DNA of 64,000 bases. Source: Klebsormidium nitens (lineage: Eukaryota > Plantae > Klebsormidiophyceae). Below, one piece after another: positions 16,347-26,642 of this stretch. The stretch is from positions 91,868-155,867 of the forward strand of contig DF237138.1 in NCBI GenBank assembly GCA_000708835.1. The letters run 5' to 3'. The notes under the pieces were generated by a model, which saw only the letters and a list, made by a program, of their open reading frames with translations, made no database searches and was not told the origin of the DNA. The position numbers and the translations under genes were made by a program. Positions within the stretch are counted from its first letter, which is position 1, and every line of letters starts with the position of its first letter.

Positions 16347-19300
16347 ATGGCGGGTGTCCGGACGCCCCGCCAGACGGCCGATATGCGGACCACGGTTGTG
16401 GACAAGGACGATTCACATCCAGTGAAGGTGGTCCTGAGATGCAGGCCGGCGCTGGTCTCAGAGCTGCAGTATGGTGCCAATGCGGTGGCTGCAATGATAA
16501 ACTACCCTAATGCAGTCCGAGTGCAGGTAAGCTTTGCGGTTCCAGCAAGGAATTCTAGCCGTGCGTTTCTGGTCGAGCGGATCGAGTCCGAGCTGCAGAA
16601 GGATGATTTAAGTAAACAAAACCCTGCTCTTTATGTCTCAGTCTTCGTTCCTCACACTCAAAATATACTTCTTTCCATCTGTTTCAGAACTGCAGTGTTG
16701 ACACCACATGACAGCTGTAACAGTCGGACGTTGTCGAAGTTACTCTCGAAAAGCATGCAAGCACCTGTCCGGGTAACGATTTAACCTGATTCTATATCAA
16801 ACAATCTGTACGTTTATCCTTTCCCTTCTTCTAATTCTGTCTCTCTGTCTCTATCTGTCATGAAAAGCTTTGCAAGCTGGACGATATTCCTTTGTGCGCC
16901 TCCCTGGTCTGTATGCCCTGTTGCTTCAGCTCGTCCATTCTATTTCATCCTCATTTCCCTTGGTAAGTTACCCCTTGTACGCAGAAACGGACCCTTGTAA
17001 CTCGCTGATCGAATCGTCGAACCGCTCATCTTCACCAACGAAGAAGCCTGAAAAGCTACTCAACCGGCGCTGCCTGCAGAAAGTCTTCTTGTTACGTCAA
17101 TCGCCTGATCTTCGCAAGAGTCAAAATCTTCCGTTGCCAGCAAGCAGGACAAGCTGCATCAGCCGAACGCCGTTGTCTCCTTCATTGAGGAACTGGGGGC
17201 TTACTTCTCACCGAGAACTGCGCAGAGCGCGATAAAACCAGCCGTCCTCATGCTATCGGTTGTGTTCACAGGAGAAGCTGTATCAGTCCCCACAGAGGAA
17301 CCTGGAATGCTTGCGAAAGATGGCCATTTTTCTCCATGAATCAAGGAGTCTCATCTTATTCTCCGTGTCCAAACAAGTTCCTTCCCCCTCGTCTCCTCAG
17401 GACAAGCTGTACCACTTGGACGGCGTCTCCTTCGCCACTGAGGAGCCCGGGGATCTCGTCTACCGGCGCTTCACGGAACGAACCATCAGAAATCAACAGC
17501 GAATTGATCACTTCTCTTTCTTTTCCCTTCTATTTTTCCCAGCTTTTTGGATCTGATGTCCCTATTTGAACGAAGTTTTCCCCTCCCTCCCCACAGGACA
17601 AGCTGTACCAGCTGGACGGCGTTTCCTTCGCGACCGAGGAGCCCGGGGACCTCTTCTACCGGCGCTTCGTGCAGCAGAGCGTGGAGGACGCGCTGACCGG
17701 GGCGGACCGTACCGTGCTCATGTACGGGCCTACGGGCACTGGCAAGACGTACACCATGTTCTCGTCGGCGGAGGGACTGGCGCACCTCGCGCTCAGACAG
17801 GTGCGTCGCTTTTGTCAATTTGCAGCAACGATGAAACGAGATTCTGACACCAAATGTCTTCAAAGGTCACACGTGCAGCTTTTCGGCCATGTGATTCTGC
17901 GGCTCGGAGCAAGGGGCTGAAGTAGGTCGTACACCGATTGTGATCAAGCATTAATAGGGATCAGGTCTGAGGTGTTTATTTTGTGCAACCAAGGAGGTGC
18001 TTGCATTCAGTGACAGCCGATCTGCGACCAAAACGTGACGAAGCGCGAGAGTCGACGTGCGTCGCCTCCTTTTCTGGCAGAATGTTTGATCGACAGGTCC
18101 AAAGTCTTACCTGATCAGGCAGTGTCTATTAGAATTGCACAAGGAACCAACATTTCTTGCTACTTAGTAATGCAATGCATGCTTTGGAGCTGACGTTATT
18201 TTTCGCGCAGATCATGGGGGCACCTATAGACGGCGGGCGCAGTCTCAGCGTCGCCGCGAACGTGATGAAGATCCACAACGACAATATTTATTAAAGATTT
18301 CAATGCTTTGTAACACTGTAGTAGGCTCTGGAGCTGATGTTACATTCCGCGCAGAACATGGGAGCGACCGTGGACGACGGGCGCAAGATCAGCGTCGCCG
18401 CGAGTCTTGATTTACAACGAGAAGTTCATAATAATCTCCACTGCTTCGTAACGCTGTATAGGCTCTGGGGCTCACATTACATTCCGCGCAGATCATGGGG
18501 GCGACTATGGACGACGGGCGCAAGATCAGCGTCGCCGCGAGCGTGATGGAGATCTACAACGAGAAGCTGATCGACCTCCTGGCGCCGTCTACCGGGCCGG
18601 GCAACACGTTCGGGGGGGGCGGGACGCCTAGCAAAGCCAGCCTGAAGGTGCAGAAGGGGCGGGTCCTCGGGGCGCAGTCGGTGAGTACGGAAAGCATGCG
18701 GAATCCTGATTGCTGACTTGCTTCTGAGTGATGATCTTTTAGGAAGCTACGACCAATCTGGGAACCCACCTCAAGCTGCTGCGAGGCGCCATTCTGTCTC
18801 CTGAGTGATAAATCCGTCTCGGTTAACTTTGAGGTTACAGGTGACTCTGAAGAACCGCTGAAGTGGATTCCCAACCGGAAGAAATGCTCTTAAGCATGCC
18901 AGATTGCATTGCATGCCATGCTACTTCGATTTTCGACTAAGCCCCTTTCCGTTCAATTCAAGAGTTAGCATTTCTGTGTTTTTTGCTAATATCCTTGGGA
19001 TTGACTCGCTAACCTGCTCGGTTTACCCCCCAGGTTACGTCGAGCGACCCAGTTGTACTGATGAAGCTGCTGGCGCCGGCGTTCAAGCGGCGCACAATCG
19101 CGGCCACCAACCTCAACAGCCTCTCAAGCAGAAGTCACTGCATCCTCACCTTTACCATCCTGGTAAGTGCGCTTCGAGGGAGGATGTAAACTTCTAGGGT
19201 TCCAGGATTCGCAGGCGAGTCCTTTCATCAGAATTCTGATTAGTCAACAAATCTGCTCAGCATCCGTCCCAGAAGGACACGTTTGACGTGAAACTTCCGA

Positions 19301-22300
19301 TGTTGAGTAACGTTTCCTGCTTCCAGCCGCTCGGCGGACGCATCCCTTCGTGGACCTGGCCGGGTCGGAACAATTCTGGCGCAGGGCCGACTAGTCCGGA
19401 ATCACGCTTAAACTTACTCATCTTTTCCAATCGAAAGCCACCAGACTCTTCAGAACGCTTTTGCTTCACAGCCGCTCGCGGTCGCATCTCGTTCGTGGAC
19501 CTGGCCGGTTCGGAGTCCCTGGGCGAATCTGGTGCAGGACCGATCAGTCCGGATGCACGCTTCAATCTGCTCAAATTGCTCAAAACAATGTCCAGAGTGA
19601 AAGCTATCAGACTCTTCAGAAGGCTTCTGCTTCACAGCCGCTCGGCGGGCGCATCTCGTTTGTGGACCTGGCCGGTTCGAAGTCCCTGGGCGAATCTGGT
19701 GCAGGACCAATCATTCCAAACGCTCTGTTAATCTGCTCAGCACAGTTCCCCGAACCCGAAGCTATCGTATGATTGATGATTGCTTTTGCTTCACAGCCGC
19801 TAGGTGGGCGCATCTCGTTCGTGGACCTGGCCGGTTCGGAGTCCCTGGGCAAGTCGGGCGCGGTGGACGAGCAGGCGAAGCAGGCCGGGACGATCAATCA
19901 GGGACTGCTAGTCCTGCGGCGCGTTGTCGACGCGCTCGCCGCGAAGCAGGCCTTTATCCCGTACCGCGACAGCAAGCTCACGCTGCTGCTACAGGTGAGA
20001 AGCTGCCTTTGAAAGTTATCCACTTCTTTTTCTTGATTATAGCATGTCCTGGTTAGTTATGATGTGGTTCGATCCTCTCTCTTCAAAATGCGGGCCTCCA
20101 TGTCCTATAGAGACAGCTGACGCTGCTGCCACAGGTTACAAATCCAATCTCTTCAGTTCCGCGGCGTTTCTCCTTTACAATGTCTGTTCCTTGCCGGTGA
20201 GTTGTAACCGTATGAAGATACAGTCATCCGTTCCCCATCGGAGCGCGGTCGCAAGAGAGCCTGGCGCGAGGCAATTCTCGCACGGTATAAGCTCAACCGA
20301 CAAAGGCGGTATCTACAAAAGCATCATCGCGCTTTGCTGCAATACCCAATTCTTTGATTCAAGGCCCATAGCAGGGCCAGTCTTGAAAGCTGAAGCCCCG
20401 AAATCGTTCCGCAGGAGAGCCTCGGCGGCGGCTCGCACAAGCTGATGGTTCTGTGGACCTCGCCCTGCCCACCAAACCTCCACGAGACGATCATGCGTAA
20501 CCCGTTGAAACACTACGTAAAACCTCGGGAATCAGACAATAGATCAGAAACTCAACCTCAGAGGATTGGAAATCCAACTTTACAAAGCCAGAATTGCTTG
20601 TTATTCACAGGAGAGTCTCGGCGGCGGCTCGCGCACGCTGATGGTCTTGTGCACGTCCCCCTGCCCCGCCGACCTCCACGAGACGATCGTAACGCTCCAC
20701 TACGGCACGACCGCGCGCGACATCGTCCAGCTGAAGCCCGAAACCCCGAACCCCGCGGGCGCGGCCGCGGGCCGCGACGCGAGCCTGATCGAGATGCAGC
20801 TCAAGCTGAAGGACGAGATGATCGACCGGCTGCGGCAGCAGAACGAGGAACTAGAGCGGCGGCTGGCGGCGTTCGAGGTACGCGCGCGCGCGCGCAGATT
20901 CCTTAAAAACCAAATTCAGCGTCAACTTTGTTTCCAAGTCGTCGTTTCCTGCAACTTTGTTTTTGGTAGCAGTCGTCGTGACCGAATGAAGCTTTGGATC
21001 TCGGTGGACTTGCTGCGGTACCTGGGAACCAGAAAAGTATCTGCAAGCAGCTTTTGACAATGGTCTCCGAAGCCTGTGTGTCTGTAGAATAACCTCTTTT
21101 GCGAATCCAATATACTTGCTGTGCTTTGTATTCCTGACGTGACAGACGGGGAGCCTCTATTCGAAGGGCTGAAGCTCTGATGTTCCCCTCTAAATTGATC
21201 TGAGCCCAGACTCGAGGAATTCTGAGACATCTTGACCACTGACAGCCACAAACCCTCACAAACGGCACGATGGAGCAAGAAACGACGATTCTCCAGGGCA
21301 TAGAAGCAGTTCTCCGTCACACCACCTACCTTGCGACTGTTCCAAAGGATCGTAAATGGGAGACGTTTTCTATTCTTTCTGCAAGTCCCTGAAAGGAACG
21401 GATAAAACCCCCATATACCTAAAACCCTCCTGTGAAAAGGAGCAAATCTCAAGTCCTGCCTGTTGAACTTTTCCGGAGGACAACTTGGTAACAACTTGTT
21501 TCCCAATCCATTTGCAACTTTGCAGGCCGCCCGGTACGCACCCGCCCTCCGCGCCGGCTACAGCAACCCCCTCAGCCCCGAGGATTCCGACGCAGACAGT
21601 TCCGTCAACGGAAACGATTCCGTCTACGACGACGACGGAATGAGCGTCTCCAGCGAGCCGCTCGCCGAGCGGACGCTCATGTCGCCGCTTGGGAGGGGCG
21701 TTCCGGCTTTTGTAGGCGGCGGAATCGGAATCCAGGGCGGCGGAATCGGGGGCTCCGCGAGCGAGTGCACTTCTCCGACGGAAGGAGCGTCGCCGATCAG
21801 CGGAACGAAGCCGAAGAAGGAGTGGAAGCTGGAAATTTGGCGGCGCGCGAGCAAGGCCGCACGGGCACAGGTAAAGTTTCGAATCTTACATGTGCTTCGT
21901 CTCATAAGAAATGCACAAGGGTCGGGGTTGCTGATATTAAGTCATGAAGATGGTGATACTCTGGCGGTCCTTGCTACTGTGTGCGACTCGCACTAACAGC
22001 GTTGCCGAGTACACAAGAGGGAATCGGACAGCTTTCTCCGAATTCTTAAAACGTGGGACTTGAATTGAAATGGTCCGCCCAGTCCGGCGCTTTCCAATCA
22101 TGTACCGCCCTTTGACAGGCGCCTTCAAGGAGCGCTGTTTACTCTGAGCTTTGAGACGTTACTGATCGCCTCAACTGGGTGTCCGTCGTTGCGGATTGCA
22201 TTCTTTCGTTATCTAACGTCACATTTCCCGATGCTGCAGCACAACATTATCAGAGCAGCGGCGGCCTGCTTTCTATCGTATACAATGCAGAAGGGGAGGG

Positions 22301-25191
22301 TGATGCCAGAGTCTCTCTGTCTGACTTCAGCATTCTCTACGGATGCAGCACAACGCGGTGAACGCGTTCCGGGATGCCCTCAGCGAGAGCCGCCAGCGGA
22401 GCGCCTCCGCGGCCGCGCGCGGAATGGGGATCCGTCCCCCGGGCACCGACCGGTGGAGGTCCCAGTCGCAAGAGGGACCCCTTCCGAAGACGCTCTTCCT
22501 CGAGACGGATTCCGGTGAAGAACCAGCGGAAGGGTACGGGTTGCTAAGCCGAAGCGCAGAGGGAATGCTGGAGAGCCCCGCCGAAACCCGGCGGTACGTC
22601 GGAACAGAGAGGTACCCGGAAGACGAATCCGATGATTCCGGCGCGGAGTCCGGTTCCGGTCCCCTGGAGAACGGGCAGGCGGAAAACGAGGCTGTAGAAG
22701 CCGTTTCGCCAGAGGAGGAAGTACCACCAGCGGAGGGTTCTGCGCTCATGGCGGAAGGAAGTTCGGGAACGAGAACGGAATCGCACTCAGCGGAAATGGA
22801 ACGGACCTCGTTTCTGAAGCGGTTCTCGTTGGCAATTCGGGGGCTGGTCACCGACCCAGTAGCCGAAGGAAGGGCCAACGAAGACCCCGGGTTAGTTGAA
22901 CCGGTCTCGGAAGACTTTGAGTTTGACAGCCCGCGTTCCAAACAGCGCCCTGGAGGTTCCACCGGGGATGACGTTGGCAGTGACGAACGCCAAACCGGCT
23001 CTCAGAGTAGCGACATTCCAGACCGGGACACAGTACAAGTAGTAAACTCGACCACCGTGAACGGTTATCCCAAACCCCCGGTTAGTGTTACCGAGCACAA
23101 GTTGGCTGAGGGAGAAGGCAAGTCGAGTGCCCGGTGGACTTTACTGGGAGCGAGGCACGATCCAGACGCGGAGCGCTGGTTGGTCGCTGGGAACGAGAGC
23201 GGACGGTTTACCCGCAGCCTGTCGCAGGACCTGGCTTCCGTTGTGGCAACGGCACAGGAGCCGCTTTCCGCCGGAACCACCGGAAACGGAAAGGGCGAAG
23301 CCGACCACAAACGGACGCCCAGCTTTGACCGGCAGCAATCGGCAAACCAGTACTTCGATGCGGTAGAGACCCTTCTGATACCGGGCCCGGAAAGTGACGT
23401 CGACGGCGGTTCCGTTCAAGGTCAGCGGAACGGCGGTGCTCGAACGGAAGATTCCGCTTATGAGTCTTTCGGGCTCGAAGCTTTGGCGGAAAGCGGAGAC
23501 AGGCGAGTTGCGGACGGTGCCGGAGATTCAACAGACCGCCCGACAGCGGAGTCCGTTGCGTTGGACGGAACGCGCCCAAACGCAATGCTCGCAGACGGAA
23601 CACAGGGATCGGAAGCGGCTCAGTACGTTTTGCACGTCAAAGTGGAAGGCCGGGGGGGTGAAATCGTGGGCAGTCTGAGGGAGGTGGAGAAGGGGATGAC
23701 GCTGGATGGGCTGCGGAGCCTCATCCAAGAACGGCTCGGGGGGAAGGCCCCGGGCACTTTTGCCTTCCTGATGCTCGATGTGAGTTTAAAGCTTGTTTTT
23801 CCTTTCAGCTTCCACCCCTCTTTTACCGTCTTCTGACGCTTTTCGCTCGCAGTTGGGTTCTACCTAGCCTCCTGCGTTTACAAGACCCTTCGAGACTCAG
23901 AAGTGTTAGCCTACCCCAGCAAAGTTGTTCCAAATGCAAATCTGTCTTGTTAACAGTCCTCTGGTTAAAAGTTCTCTAGGATTTCGCATCGCCTTCCACT
24001 GTCAGCCATTCCAATCGAGCAACTAGTATCGTAGACTTCAGATACGGACTCGTCTGCTTCAAATGTTCTTCGATCTTCGTCTCCATGTTTGTATGCCTAG
24101 AGTAGCCTCGACGTTCAACATCTTTCTGAAAGTAAACCATTCATACCCTGCAGGGGATTGCAAGCGCTGCGATTCAACGAACTCACGAGCCGTCTGTGAC
24201 CATCAGTTCGCTCCCCGACTTCCCAACGCAAGCCGGCAGCCTCCCCTGCAAGATGGTTTGCCTGCGAGTCCCAGCGGGCAGCCGACGCGCCTCCGCCGAG
24301 CAGCCGGTAAACCCTTTCCTTACCCCCGCGGATGCGGCCGCGAACAGCCGCCGCGCGACCCTCGACGAGCCAATAAACCCTCGCCAAACCCCTGGGGAGG
24401 GGACCGACGCGGCCGGATTTGCGCCCGACGGGTCTGTCTCCGGAAAGGAAACGCTGCACAACGGAAACGGTGCCGCCAGGCGGAGTTCCGGCGGAAGGAA
24501 AGAGCGGAAGTCCTCGTCCGGCGACGCCCACGCGGGGGCCCCGCCTGGAACGGTTGCCGAGGAAGAGCGGACCGGAAGCGTTCAGCGGAAAGGAGCGGAA
24601 GGGCGGGCTCCGGTGCAGAGCAAGCGGCGGGCCGCCATCGAGGCCTCGTTGACGGCAGGAGCGACCGGAAACCGGCGGCGCAGCTCGTACTCCGACGCCA
24701 AAACAGGGCCCCCCGAGGACCGCCAGCCGTCCCCGCAGAGCGTCTCCCGGAGGGCGTCCGTAACCCGGTCGTCAGCAGCAGATAACCGGGGTTTAGCGGA
24801 GATCCTTCCAGAGGGGGTCATTCAAGAGCGGGCCAACCAACCCCCGGGCGTTGATGAAGCTGCAACGTCGGCGCTGACGTCAGCGGACGGGACGGGCGCG
24901 GTTCGGAAGATGGAGCGGCGCGCGAGCGGAGGGGAACTGCTGACGTCAGCGCGGAAGGCTGACGTTAGCGTGCGGTCAAGCCTGGACGGCCTCCAGAAGC
25001 ACCGCCAAAATCCGGCGATCATGAAGTGGGTTAAGGAGCGGCTGCTTGCCCGGGAGAAGAACGGAGTGGCCGGGGGGATCCCTCCCGAGCAGGATGCCAT
25101 GCTCAAAATGGCGGCATCCAGACTGATCGGGAATATGGAAGAGTTGTGGCAGTTGGGCCCCGGGCCGTTGAAGATCGGCGGGGTGATATGA
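16347..25191 (+). CDS. KIN10A: Kinesin-10 family motor, KIN10A/PAKRP2-like, ~1326 aa
   Basis: Exons 16347-16526, 17597-17800, 18492-18680, 19034-19162, 19797-19994, 20611-20877, 21526-21870, 22349-23779, 24154-25191, all phase 0. P-loop MYGPTGTGKT, SSRSH, DLAGSE, INQGLLVLRRVV, IPYRDSKLT. The tail segment LHVKVE...TLDGLRSLIQERL...FAFLMLDG...VTISSLP resembles my recollection of the conserved C-terminal domain of plant KIN10A. Confidence 0.88.
17140..17485 (+). repeat. Three decayed intronic copies of the acceptor and 5' end of kinesin exon 17597
   Basis: cag|gacaagctg... at 17148, cag|gagaagctgtatcag at 17272 and cag|gacaagctgtaccacttggacggcgtctccttc at 17401, versus the true exon cag|gacaagctgtaccagctggacggcgtttccttc at 17597. 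Confidence 0.85.
18180..18430 (+). repeat. Two tandem ~140-bp copies of intron end plus 5' part of kinesin exon 18492
   Basis: cgcgcag|atcatgggggcacctatagacggcgggcgc (18211) and cgcgcag|aacatgggagcgaccgtggacgacgggcgc (18355) versus cgcgcag|atcatgggggcgactatggacgacgggcgc (18492). Confidence 0.9.
19315..19745 (+). repeat. Three tandem ~150-165-bp copies of acceptor plus 5' part of kinesin exon 19797 (PLGGRISFVDLAGSE)
   Basis: cag|ccgctc..cgcatc..gtggacctggcc at ~19327, ~19472 and ~19638, upstream of the true exon at 19797. Confidence 0.9.
20245..20515 (+). repeat. Two decayed intronic copies of acceptor plus 5' part of kinesin exon 20611
   Basis: gcag|gagagcctcggcggcggctcgcacaagctgatggttctgtggacctcgccctgccc (20415) and gcaagagagcctggcgcgaggcaattctcgcacg (~20251) versus acag|gagagtctcggcggcggctcgcgcacgctgatggtc. 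Confidence 0.85.
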
Positions 25192-26642
25192 CATAGAGCT
25201 AGTCCACTTGACCCCAGGTCATACAGTAATCCCTCTTCACAAGCCTGGCTCTGCAACCGCTACTTTACGCGCGCGATCCCAATGTAGCTAGATCCTCTGG
25301 TCTCTCTACCTGAAATTCGCAGAGGTCTACCACACATGTATCTGATTGAGAAACACACAGTTCATACATGTATGCCATGAGAAGCCTACGGCGAGTACGA
25401 AAAGAGACCATCCTAGATGCATCATTCCAATTTTACAGGGCGGCCGGGGGCTGTACGAGGCGCATGTTCATTGCCATGTTAAAATAAATTATTATTGTCT
25501 ACATAGACAGCAATGTAGTGACAGCTGTGCGGTAACTTATGCTTGCGCACAGTAATTAGGCACAGTAATCAGGCAGGTAGGGCCGGGTGTGCAAATCTCG
25601 ATCCAAGTATCCACGTAGCACGTAATGTGTTGCAGGCCGGCCGGGCTCTTGTCGAGAGTCAGCGCGCAAGTGCGAAGTCAAGATCACGTGCCAGCGGGCT
25701 TGATTGCCAGCACGCATATGCTGGCTTTCCTATCTGGTTTGAGCAATCTGAAATCACGCAGCATTCATTCATGATAGGTTGCGCTAGATGAAAGCCCATC
25801 AAATGGGAATTCACAACCCATCATTATGCATTAAGTCGGCGGCTCGCACTGCCGCCCGGCGAACGATGCTTGCAGTACACGTTGTATCTAATCCTCATGC
25901 ATCTAATCAGCATGTACGGTGGATTGACATGGCATGCGGGCAACAGTTAAATCAGCTGGGCGCAGCCCTTTTTCCTTTTTGCGGCAAACTTATTGGGCGC
26001 ATGCACCGTGACGCGCGCCGCGCGGCCCTCGCCTAGCTTCAAGTTTGGATTTTTCGTTCGTGCAATTTGAAAACTAAACGGACATATAAGTGGAGGCGTC
26101 CGTACATGCGCGCAACCATCTCATTCGCTATACCCAACAAATTGTTGCATGTTGAGATCCATTTGCGTGCTCTTATTGCATGGGGTATATGCACTCATGT
26201 CTTTCAGTGATTCGCGATCCGCGGCCGCCCAAACCCACGCGCACACCAGCGTGTCACTGTCACCCGGTGCGCCTTTCGCATGCGCCCTCCATGCGCCATT
26301 AGCAGAAAGTGCAAGCTTGCCAGGCTGGCAAGCTCTATAAGTGACGTCGTCGACTGCATCGCTGAATTACAGCATCCGCTTACTATCACTCCAAGATCAA
26401 GTCAGTATAATGTAATTTGTTACCACGATAATGAATATGAGTCAATTTGCGATCTACGAGTTAACCAATTATGCGATGTCAAGGCGCTAAGCATAACTGC
26501 AAGGTTTGCTTTGCCTGCCGGTCTCTAGCAGATTCAACGAGTAAGTCAGACTCAGCCGCTTCTACTACTAACCGGCCCCAAACCAGACACTTCCTGCCAG
26601 ACCCTTGGCAGAGATTTCGGACCCTTCTGCTTTACCTTAACT

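Noticed and set aside
18180-19800. Regularly spaced ~140-165-bp repeats as a CRISPR-like array or as mutually exclusive exons
   Set aside because: The units are copies of host exon starts with no unique spacers and no cas genes. They have acceptors but no matching donors, and several contain indels.
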